12,275 nucleotides of DNA from Nitrospinaceae bacterium (GTDB lineage: Bacteria > Nitrospinota > Nitrospinia > Nitrospinales > VA-1), in NCBI GenBank assembly GCA_046754465.1, contig JBHHVU010000075.1, forward strand, positions 1-12,275, read 5' to 3'. Position numbers and translations under genes: made by a program. Positions 1-6,949 of the stretch are shown piece by piece. The notes beneath the pieces were generated by a model that was not told the DNA's origin, did not search any database, and was given only the letters and a program-made list of their open reading frames with translations. Each line of letters opens with the position of its first letter. Position 1 is the first letter of the stretch.

Positions 1-105
1 TCTCCCTCCCCGGGGGCGGGGTGTAAAATTTCTGGAGATCGGTTATCCTTAGCTACTCGGTGGAGATTTTCCAAGATTTCCGACACATTTTTCCGGAGAG
101 ATTTC

Positions 106-384
106 ATGAAAGGACTTTGGATGGTTTTTATCAGCATTTTCCTGGCCGAATTGGGAGACAAAACCCAGGTGGCCACCCTCCTATTCGCCACCGACCAGAC
201 CCTCAACAAGCTGGGTGTGATTCTAGCCTCTTCGGGCGCCCTGGTGTTGAGCACGGTGCTGGCGGTGTTCATCGGGGGGCAGATCGCAACTTTGATTTCC
301 CCGGAAAAGATCCGTCTCATCGCGGGCATCGGGTTCCTCGCCATCGGCCTCTGGACCTTATTGGACAACCACGGCGCGGTTTGA
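106..384 (+). CDS. UPF0016 / TMEM165-GDT1 family membrane protein, single-domain form; putative Ca2+/Mn2+ transporter subunit
   Basis: 92-aa ORF with the family signature FLAELGDKTQ (E-x-G-D-K-T) and three hydrophobic segments. GGAG Shine-Dalgarno-like sequence at about 94-97. Confidence 0.9.
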   Translation: MKGLWMVFISIFLAELGDKTQVATLLFATDQTLNKLGVILASSGALVLSTVLAVFIGGQIATLISPEKIRLIAGIGFLAIGLWTLLDNHGAV

Positions 385-493
385 CGGAGTGCCTCCCGCG
401 GCGAACCGGCGGAGTGCCCCCACAGGCAATTTGTCATGCGTTATAGGGCAGACCCGGATCGATACGCGGTTTAGATGGACCCATCTTCCCCCG
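385..493 (+). repeat. Dispersed repeat copy A (degenerate, first hairpin module duplicated)
   Basis: CGGAGTGCC-N6-GGCR occurs twice (385-403 and 410-428), followed by ATTTGTCATGCGTTATAGGGCAGAC. Positions 412-453 match 9935-9976 at 34/42 without gaps. Weaker similarity (GGATCGA...GGACCCATCTTCCCCC) continues to about 493. Confidence 0.8.
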
Positions 494-1472
494 GACGGCG
501 CCCGGTGGCGAGCCGTTTTCCAGGAAGAAGGTAGTTTCGCACGTAGTCCATGATTCCGTCCTCCAGGGATATGAAGGTCCCCCGGTACCCGGCCTTTCGA
601 ATCTTGCCTATTTGGGCCTGTGTGTGATACTGGTATTGATCGCGGATGGTGGCAGGCATCGGGATGTATTCGATTCGCGGGTTCCGGTCCATTGCCGCGA
701 ACAGGGCTTTTGCCAGATCGTTCCAGGTTCGCGCAACGCCCGACCCGATGTTGAACAATCCGTTGGCCTCCGGATGGTCCAGGAAGAAAAGGGTCATCGC
801 GGCGGCGTCCTTGATGTATAGAAAATCCCTCTCCTGTCCCCCGTCCTCGTATTCCGGCCTGCAGGATTTAAACAGGCGAAGCGTTCCGGTTTTCTGAACC
901 TGCAGGAATCCCTTGCGCACCAGGCTTTGCATGTCCCCCTTGTGGTATTCGTTGGGTCCGTAGACGTTGAAATATTTTAATCCGGCGATCCAGTTCAGGG
1001 CCCCCTGTTCTTTCGCCCAGAGGTCGAACCGGTGCTTGCTTTCGCCGTAGGGGTTGAGTGGACGCAGGGTTTCGAGCCGGGATTCATCGTCGGCGTATCC
1101 CTGGGATCCGTCGCCGTAGGTGGCGGCGCTGGAGGCGTAGATGAACCGGATCCCTTTTTCCAGGGCGAACGTTGCCAACTGCCGGGTGTAGTCGGTATTG
1201 TTTTTTTCCAGGAACTCCCGATCCGTTTCCGTGGTCGAGGAACAGGCGCCCATGTGGATGAGGGCGTCCAGGGAAGGCAGGCGCCGCGCGGAAACGTTTT
1301 GAAGAAAGGTCTCGGGTGTTTGCAGTTCCTTGTGAGTGACCGCGGCAAGATTTTTCTCTTTCTCCTCATGATCGAGGCGGTCCACGATCAAGATATCGGT
1401 CACCCCCCGGTGGTTCAATGCGTGAATAATGGCGCTGCCGATGAACCCGGCGCCGCCGGTGACTGCAATCAT
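471..1472 (-). CDS. hldD: ADP-L-glycero-D-manno-heptose 6-epimerase (extended SDR)
   Basis: TGGAGFIG NAD(P)-binding motif, HMGACSSTTE, YASSAATYG, catalytic YGESK (YxxxK), YFNVYGPNEYHKG, FNIGSG and YQYHTQA. gmhA and hldE are in the same window. Synonyms rfaD/gmhD. Confidence 0.95.
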   Translation of the reverse strand: MIAVTGGAGFIGSAIIHALNHRGVTDILIVDRLDHEEKEKNLAAVTHKELQTPETFLQNVSARRLPSLDALIHMGACSSTTETDREFLEKNNTDYTRQLATFALEKGIRFIYASSAATYGDGSQGYADDESRLETLRPLNPYGESKHRFDLWAKEQGALNWIAGLKYFNVYGPNEYHKGDMQSLVRKGFLQVQKTGTLRLFKSCRPEYEDGGQERDFLYIKDAAAMTLFFLDHPEANGLFNIGSGVARTWNDLAKALFAAMDRNPRIEYIPMPATIRDQYQYHTQAQIGKIRKAGYRGTFISLEDGIMDYVRNYLLPGKRLATGRRPGEDGSI

Positions 1473-1531
1473 GGTTTCTCCCGGGCTGGGCCCCGATTCC
1501 TGAAGGGTGGAGCGTGTGATTTCCGGTTATT

Positions 1532-2704
1532 TTATTCAGCCTCCTGGTGGAAGGTTTCCTCCCAATCCAGGTGGGGCAAAAGAGGTGTATAAGACGGTTG
1601 AGGATTCTTTGCAACCCATTTTTTCAGTTCGCGGGCGCGGTCGGATCCCGATGGGTGCGTGGAAAGGTACTCGGGCCAGGATGCTGGTGAAGTTTCGGGG
1701 GAATTTTCTTTCACGCCGCCCGATAATTTTTCTTCTTCCGCACGGAGCTTTTCAAATATCCGGACCATTCCCGCCGGGTCGATTTTGGCGGCCAGAATCA
1801 TTTTCATGCCCTCCCTGTCGGCTTCCCGCTCCATTTCCCGGCTGTGGCGCAGTCCTTCCAGGTTGCCGGCAAAATGTAGAACGGCCTGCATGACCCCGTT
1901 CACGTCTCCCAACATCAGGGTCAGCAACATGCTGGATGCCATGGAGCGGATGATGCCCCGGGTGGAATGCCGCAAAAGAACGTGCTGGATTTCGTGAGCC
2001 AGCACACCGGCCAGTTCTTCCGGGGAATCGGCGAGGTTCAACAGTCCCTGGAAAACGATGATGTGGCCCCCGGGCAGGGCCAGGGCATTAACGATTTTTC
2101 CGGGATGGATATGGACGCGCGGATGGTACCGAGCATTCGGCACGGTAGACATTAGCCGTCGAACCAGGGTTCGCAAGGGCTTTTGTCTCTTCGGATTGGG
2201 TTTTGGTCGCGTGGTTCCTTTTTGAAATTCGGGAAGGATTCGGTCTCCGAGTTTTTCTTCCCACGCAACCGGCACCCTGTCCGCCACGTGGTCAGCGAGG
2301 GCGGGGATGCCCATCCGCCACAACCCGAAAAGGAAAAGAGGTACTGCCAGAACAGACGTCGCGAGGAGAAAGGGACGCCCCCGGCCGCGGCGGGACCATG
2401 TCGGGTGCAAGGGCAGGACGGCGGTCCGCCGGACGTTTTCGGAAAAGCCGGGGTCCTGGACGACCAGGGTTTCAATCCGCGGGCCTCCCGGTTCGTCCAC
2501 CTCGTGTTCCACCCGCCATGGAGGGTGGTCCGGGGTGGTGCCGGTTCCACTCAACCTTAACCCCGGGTAAGGCCACGAACGCGCCGGACCGCCGGGAAGG
2601 CTGATGGTGAGTTCCCGGGGTGTCAACCGAACCGCTGCCGAATATTTGCGGGCGCTACGGCCGTCAAAGAGAAACCCGGAAAATTCCAGTTTTCGGGGAT
2701 TCAT
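1532..2704 (-). CDS. M48 family zinc metallopeptidase with N-terminal beta-rich domain and one TM helix
   Basis: NALALPGG, ELAGVLAHEIQH (HExxH), SREMEREAD (third zinc ligand) and STHP motifs. TM segment FLLATSVLAVPLFLFGLW. Lies directly downstream of a YjgN/DUF898 gene, a commonly seen pairing. Confidence 0.92.
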   Translation of the reverse strand: MNPRKLEFSGFLFDGRSARKYSAAVRLTPRELTISLPGGPARSWPYPGLRLSGTGTTPDHPPWRVEHEVDEPGGPRIETLVVQDPGFSENVRRTAVLPLHPTWSRRGRGRPFLLATSVLAVPLFLFGLWRMGIPALADHVADRVPVAWEEKLGDRILPEFQKGTTRPKPNPKRQKPLRTLVRRLMSTVPNARYHPRVHIHPGKIVNALALPGGHIIVFQGLLNLADSPEELAGVLAHEIQHVLLRHSTRGIIRSMASSMLLTLMLGDVNGVMQAVLHFAGNLEGLRHSREMEREADREGMKMILAAKIDPAGMVRIFEKLRAEEEKLSGGVKENSPETSPASWPEYLSTHPSGSDRARELKKWVAKNPQPSYTPLLPHLDWEETFHQEAE

Positions 2705-2725
2705 GTCGATGGGATCCCTCAGGGA

Positions 2726-3958
2726 TCACCCCACATCCACTGGAATATCGAAAGCATCCAGCGCTTCTTCACCCAAGGCACCGCTTTGTTTCATCTCCTG
2801 CACCACATCATCCAACCCGATATCTCCGTCCAGGAAAAGATGGGCGGCAAAAAATTGCTGGTTTCTCACCTTCACCCAGGGATAAGCCAGACCCAGACTG
2901 AGGATCAGAATCAGGAGATTGAAGAAACGCAAGACGAACCAATCGCTGCCCGTGGCGGTGAACCGGAAAGTTCCACCGCCGAGGTGGGTGTGGGACCAGT
3001 AATACCGTTTCAAAAAGGCGTCGAACCAGATCCAGTAAATTCCACTGGTGAGAACCGTCAGGAAAACCGCGAGAACGAATTTTCCGAAAAGATCTTTTCC
3101 CTTGCCGGTGAATTCAAACGGCAGGTTTCCGAACCAGGAATTCCCCCGCCAGAAGTTTTCGGCCTGGACGCGGAAATAGGGCCAGTACAGCCCGAGAGTG
3201 ATCATCGTCAAAAAAGGCGCCTTCACGTATAACCAGGCGGCCTCCTTTTTATCGCCCCGGAAGGAGAAACGAATGCCCCGCCAGGCGGTCCGGGAGAGCC
3301 GATACTTCCAGGCCCCTACCATGAGCATGGGAACATAAACAATGGCAGCCAGTGACAAAACCCCGGAAAACAGATTCCCGGCTTCCGGGGAATAAAATTG
3401 AACGGCTCCCAAAAGCCCCAGAAGGGGAATCAATATCCCCAATAATTTGAGGAATCCCATGCACATTTCCTTGCCCGATCCGTGGTAGGAAAAAGGGTCC
3501 CCGGCCAGGGAGGTATTGGACCAGATAAATTGACGCACTCGGGTTTTGGCCCAGAAGTGATAAATGCCCAAAGTAAAGATATTCTTGATCTGGTTGCTGA
3601 ACAGAATACTGAACAGTTCGCCTACTTTCCCCGCAAAGGCCAAGTCATACCCCTTTTTTCCGGAGCCGGGAGATTCCTGCTCCGCCGTTTGGAGGGCAGT
3701 GGTTTCCCTGGGTGTCTCATCGCCTTCGGAAATGGGTTCGATGTGGACCTGGAATCCGAGACTCTTGAGATACTTCGAGGCCGGGTCCGCCTGCTGGTCC
3801 GAAATTTTGTGATCGAACTGCCAGGAACTCCCTTCCGTCAGTTTGCGGATTATGTCTCCTCCCTGTTCCAGGCTCAACCGGAACACTTGGGCCATTTTCC
3901 TGGCGGCCCGATCCGGGTCGGAGCCAGACCAGGCGTTCAAAACGATTTGGTAACTCAT
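2726..3958 (-). CDS. YjgN / DUF898 family inner-membrane protein with an extra N-terminal soluble domain
   Basis: Repeated TLGIY/TLGLY/SGIY/SLGLA + P/F-W motifs, WAKTRVRQFIWSNT, FSYHGSGKE and SRTAWRGIRFSF. RBS GGAG upstream on the minus strand (ctcc at 3965-3968). Confidence 0.88.
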   Translation of the reverse strand: MSYQIVLNAWSGSDPDRAARKMAQVFRLSLEQGGDIIRKLTEGSSWQFDHKISDQQADPASKYLKSLGFQVHIEPISEGDETPRETTALQTAEQESPGSGKKGYDLAFAGKVGELFSILFSNQIKNIFTLGIYHFWAKTRVRQFIWSNTSLAGDPFSYHGSGKEMCMGFLKLLGILIPLLGLLGAVQFYSPEAGNLFSGVLSLAAIVYVPMLMVGAWKYRLSRTAWRGIRFSFRGDKKEAAWLYVKAPFLTMITLGLYWPYFRVQAENFWRGNSWFGNLPFEFTGKGKDLFGKFVLAVFLTVLTSGIYWIWFDAFLKRYYWSHTHLGGGTFRFTATGSDWFVLRFFNLLILILSLGLAYPWVKVRNQQFFAAHLFLDGDIGLDDVVQEMKQSGALGEEALDAFDIPVDVG

Positions 3959-4009
3959 GCCGTTCTCCTGTTCCTGAAAGATTCGATTTGAGTCCGTTTG
4001 CCGGATCCC

Positions 4010-4031
4010 CGGGGGGAAGGGTTTCCCCCCG
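4010..4031. other. GC-rich intergenic hairpin (9-bp stem, 4-nt loop)
   Basis: CGGGGGGAA-GGGT-TTCCCCCCG between the MBL gene and the YjgN gene. No U-tract on either side. Confidence 0.6.
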
Positions 4032-4060
4032 TTGGGCGCTGTGGCAAGGGAAACCGCGGA

Positions 4061-4945
4061 TCAAGAAAAATCATAGGCCACCTGCTGGTCCGCCCAGCCC
4101 AGAAAACCATCGCGGACCGGATCCCCCTTGAACGAATCGGTTTTTTTCACCCAGGCCTGGGGGTCCAGCCAATTATCCCCATAATGGTAGAGGAACATCT
4201 TGGCGCGGATAGGGTCCGGCAGGCTCATCAGCTCCTGGTAAGAAGCGTGCACCCCACCGTAAAACAACTGGCAATCGTGGAACATGACCTCCGCGAGTTC
4301 CCCGAAGCGGACGGCGTATTCCTCATCGAACATGGTATCGCCCGAGATCCACACACGCCGGTTGATGAAGATGCCGCAACACCATTGCGACTCGTCAATG
4401 CTGACGGCGGAATCCGGGAAATGCCGGGTTCTCATGATGATGACCTCCAGGGGGCCATGCTGGTACGACCAGCTTTTCCTTCCACAAAGTTCAATGTTTT
4501 GCGGCCGCAGAATATTGAAGAAGTCCGCCAGTTGCAGGGGGCGTCCCTGTTGGGCCTCACAAAATTCAGCCCCCCCCGCAAGACTCTTGCTCCACAAGCT
4601 GTCCTGGTAGTCCCGCAAAATGATCATTTCCGGTTTGGAGGTATTGGGCGTGTAGCGGTTCATCAGAGCCACCTCCTCCAATCCCCCAATATGGTCGGCG
4701 TGGCTGTGCGTGGGGAGGTAACAGCGCACCTTGAGAACGTTCAAACCGATGTCCCCAAGGGCCAGAGGCCCCTGGGTACCGCAATCGATCAAAACATGAT
4801 GATCTCCCTGGATGATGAGAATATTGGACTGGCGACGCCGTTTGGCAAAGGCCGCGCCGGTTCCTATAAAAACGACCCGCAATTGACCGTCGGTTTGCAA
4901 TGGCAGGGATTCGCCGTTTTTGCAAATCTCCCTGACTTCGTACAT
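4061..4945 (-). CDS. MBL-fold metallo-hydrolase (RNase Z / phosphodiesterase-like branch)
   Basis: FIGTGAAF, LIDCG, THSHADHIGG (HxHxDH), RTRH, ISGDT, FHDC, VHAS and LYHYGD motifs. Start reassigned to the ATG at 4945 (MYEVREI) because AGGAG lies 6 nt upstream. The ORF track start at 5002 is a non-ATG extension. Confidence 0.88.
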   Translation of the reverse strand: MYEVREICKNGESLPLQTDGQLRVVFIGTGAAFAKRRRQSNILIIQGDHHVLIDCGTQGPLALGDIGLNVLKVRCYLPTHSHADHIGGLEEVALMNRYTPNTSKPEMIILRDYQDSLWSKSLAGGAEFCEAQQGRPLQLADFFNILRPQNIELCGRKSWSYQHGPLEVIIMRTRHFPDSAVSIDESQWCCGIFINRRVWISGDTMFDEEYAVRFGELAEVMFHDCQLFYGGVHASYQELMSLPDPIRAKMFLYHYGDNWLDPQAWVKKTDSFKGDPVRDGFLGWADQQVAYDFS

Positions 4946-5134
4946 AAATAACTCCTCTTGGGGTTTGGGAATTCTTCCCGCTGAAAATAAAAGATATATC
5001 AACCAGATGGACTGGTTTCCGGGAAAACAGGGAAAATAAAACCATTAAAACAACATAACATAAAAAGCGTATCCAGTCCATAATCTACTGATTTCAATAC
5101 CGTAATCCTATTATTGATCCGCATGGGCACCCTG

Positions 5135-5241
5135 CCCCCCACGGGGGAGGGCGATAGGTCCGGGCATCATCGCCACTCGATCCTTGTATCGCATATAACG
5201 CATGTCCCATCCGCCCCCGGAGGCACTCCGGGTCCGCCATA
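5135..5241 (-). repeat. Dispersed repeat copy B
   Basis: Reverse complement of 5154-5228 is GAGTGCCTCCGGGGGCGGATGGGACATGCGTTATATGCGATACAAGGATCGAGTGGCGATGATGCCCGGACCTAT, which is collinear with copies C and D. Confidence 0.88.
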
Positions 5242-5276
5242 AAAAAAGGCAAATTGGCCGCGCGGGCGGCCCTGCA

Positions 5277-5287
5277 TGTGGTATGAT
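5277..5287 (+). promoter_or_regulatory. Candidate extended -10 sigma-70-type promoter (TGTG-G-TATGAT) for the bEBP gene
   Basis: TRTGn plus TATGAT (5282-5287), followed by a 6-nt gap and the ATG at 5294. No SD sequence before that ATG. Confidence 0.55.
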
Positions 5288-5293
5288 GCATTT

Positions 5294-6694
5294 ATGCAAC
5301 AAAAAATTCTCATTCTGGATCCCAGCCGACAAACCATCGAGACCCTCCGGGCGGCGCTCGAGAAACAGGATTACGAGGTCATCGCGGCTTATACTGCTCC
5401 GGAAGCCCAAAGGCGGTTGCAGGACAAGGTGTTTCACCTCATCATCCTGGGTGACCAAATTGCGGCGGAAAAGGAACAAAGTTTTCCGGAATATCTCCAT
5501 GGCCGGTATCCCGGCCTTCCGGCGGCCGTCCTTTGCCGGGACACATTGGCTCCGGAAACCCGGCACACCCTGGAAAGACTGGGTTGCCACCCGTTCCCGA
5601 AATCCCTGGGCATCTCCAAACTTCTGCAAAAGGTGAGGGAAATTTGCCGGGAGACGGGAAGCGATGAGGAGACCGGCGGAATAATTCATCAACAACCGGG
5701 CCGGGAGGACGCCCCGTTGCTAGGGGAAAGTTCCGCCATGCACCGGTTGCGCCAAACCCTCGAGGCCGTGGCCCGGACGCAGGCCACCGTTTTGCTGCGG
5801 GGCGAGACAGGGACCGGAAAAGAACTCGCCGCCCGTTCCCTGCACGCCGGGAGTCCCAGAAACCACCACCGGTTTCTCGCGGTCAATTGCGCGGCGTTGA
5901 CCGAATCGCTTCTGGAAAGCGAACTGTTCGGCCATGAAAAGGGGGCCTTCACCGGAGCCCACCGGCAAAAGCTGGGGAAATTTGAGTATGCCGGCGACGG
6001 CACCCTGTTTCTCGATGAGATCGGTGAAATCCCTCCGCCTTTACAGGCCAAGCTGTTGCGGGTCCTCGACGACCGGGAATTCGAGCGGGTGGGGGGAAAC
6101 AAGACCCTGAAAGTCCGCTGCCGCATCATCGCGGCGTCCAATATAAATTTCCCCCGGGCCCTCAAGGAGGGCCGGTTCCGGGAAGACCTGTATTACCGGC
6201 TCAATGTCGTTTCCATCGATCTGCCGCCATTGAGAGAGCGTAAAGAGGACATTCCCCTCCTGGCCCGGCATTTTCTGAAACTCAAATCCGGCCTGCACCG
6301 GAGATCCGTTCCGGCACTGTCCCCGGAGGCGGAGGCCCAACTGATGGCATATTCCTGGCCGGGAAACGTCCGGGAACTCGAAAATATCATCGAACAGGCG
6401 GTGATCCTCGCGCCCGGGAATCGTCTAAACCCTTTCGCCTTGCCGGAGCGGGAGGGGCCGGCCCCGGCGCCCTCCTCCCCCATTTCCTGGGACCCGGCCC
6501 GCACCACCCTGAAGGCATTCCGTGAGGAGATTCTACGCCAATACGAAGGAGAATACTTCGACCGGCTGCTGCGGCTGCACCGAGGTCACATCTCCCACGC
6601 GGCCCGGGCGGCGGGGATCGACCGGAAAACTTTCTACCGCAAGATCAAGCAATGCGGGATCGATCCCGCGCGGCACAAAAATCCATCCCGGTAA
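5294..6694 (+). CDS. Sigma-54-dependent transcriptional activator (NtrC/Fis-type bEBP): degenerate receiver, AAA+ and HTH domains
   Basis: Walker A GETGTGKE, ESELFGHEKGAFTGA, Walker B LFLDEIG, RFREDLYYRL, WPGNVREL, and C-terminal Fis-type HTH GHISHAARAAGIDRKTFYRKI. The N-terminus MQQKILILD begins like a receiver domain, so ATG 5294 is preferred over 5276. Confidence 0.95.
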   Translation: MQQKILILDPSRQTIETLRAALEKQDYEVIAAYTAPEAQRRLQDKVFHLIILGDQIAAEKEQSFPEYLHGRYPGLPAAVLCRDTLAPETRHTLERLGCHPFPKSLGISKLLQKVREICRETGSDEETGGIIHQQPGREDAPLLGESSAMHRLRQTLEAVARTQATVLLRGETGTGKELAARSLHAGSPRNHHRFLAVNCAALTESLLESELFGHEKGAFTGAHRQKLGKFEYAGDGTLFLDEIGEIPPPLQAKLLRVLDDREFERVGGNKTLKVRCRIIAASNINFPRALKEGRFREDLYYRLNVVSIDLPPLRERKEDIPLLARHFLKLKSGLHRRSVPALSPEAEAQLMAYSWPGNVRELENIIEQAVILAPGNRLNPFALPEREGPAPAPSSPISWDPARTTLKAFREEILRQYEGEYFDRLLRLHRGHISHAARAAGIDRKTFYRKIKQCGIDPARHKNPSR

Positions 6695-6715
6695 ATCCAC
6701 AAAGGATCGTCATTT

Positions 6716-6766
6716 TGTGGTCTAAATTCCCCAATTGATGACAACATTTGCTGAACAAAGGCCACA
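6716..6766. promoter_or_regulatory. Candidate tandem upstream activator sequences (TGTGG-N8-CCACA-like palindromes)
   Basis: TGTGG-TCTAAATT-CCCCA (6716-6733) and TGCTG-AACAAAGG-CCACA (6749-6766), 33 bp apart and about 80-130 bp upstream of the -24 element. Confidence 0.55.
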
Positions 6767-6818
6767 AAAAGACGGTTCCGCCCGGCCCGCTCATCCCCCA
6801 ACCGCGAAACTCCTGACA

Positions 6819-6831
6819 AATCAAAGGCTCA
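6819..6831 (+). promoter_or_regulatory. IHF-like binding site
   Basis: AATCAA-AGGC-TCA, one mismatch from WATCAA-N4-TTR, located between the candidate UAS and the sigma-54 promoter. Confidence 0.45.
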
Positions 6832-6847
6832 TTCCACCGGCGGGCGA

Positions 6848-6863
6848 TGGCACCGGAATTGCT
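6848..6863 (+). promoter_or_regulatory. Sigma-54 (RpoN) -24/-12 promoter
   Basis: TGGCAC-CGGAA-TTGCT matches TGGCAC-N5-TTGCW exactly. GG at 6849-6850 and GC at 6861-6862 are separated by 10 nt. It is intergenic and oriented toward the gene at 6950. Predicted +1 near 6874. Confidence 0.9.
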
Positions 6864-6949
6864 TTCTCTATTGATAAATCCTTTTTTATAAGAAGAGGAA
6901 GAGGGCGCGAATTAAGCCCATCCACAAGTTTTTCCTGAAGAGGCTCAAG

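Noticed and set aside
1..105. yybP-ykoY (Mn2+) riboswitch upstream of the GDT1-family gene
   Set aside because: Plausible by gene context, but I cannot identify its conserved elements in the available 105 bp. An Rfam scan including upstream sequence would be needed.
385..428. CRISPR-like direct repeat (CGGAGTGCC twice)
   Set aside because: Only two short units 25 bp apart and no cas genes. It is explained as a duplicated module of the dispersed repeat.
4010..4031. Rho-independent terminator after the MBL gene
   Set aside because: Strong stem but no U-tract on the coding strand, so it is kept only as an unassigned hairpin.
3998..4951. 317-aa + strand ORF; likewise 7292-8335 (-), 8521-9348 (-) and other overlapping ORFs
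   Set aside because: They lie antisense to or overlap well-supported genes and have no family motifs.
4566..5081. 171-aa minus-strand ORF with a hydrophobic N-terminus resembling a signal peptide
   Set aside because: The hydrophobicity comes from the T-rich intergenic tract, and the rest overlaps the MBL gene out of frame.
6697..6720. Intrinsic terminator for the bEBP gene
   Set aside because: The 7-bp stem is weak with a 10-nt loop and no following U-run. Its right arm is better explained as part of the candidate enhancer dyad.
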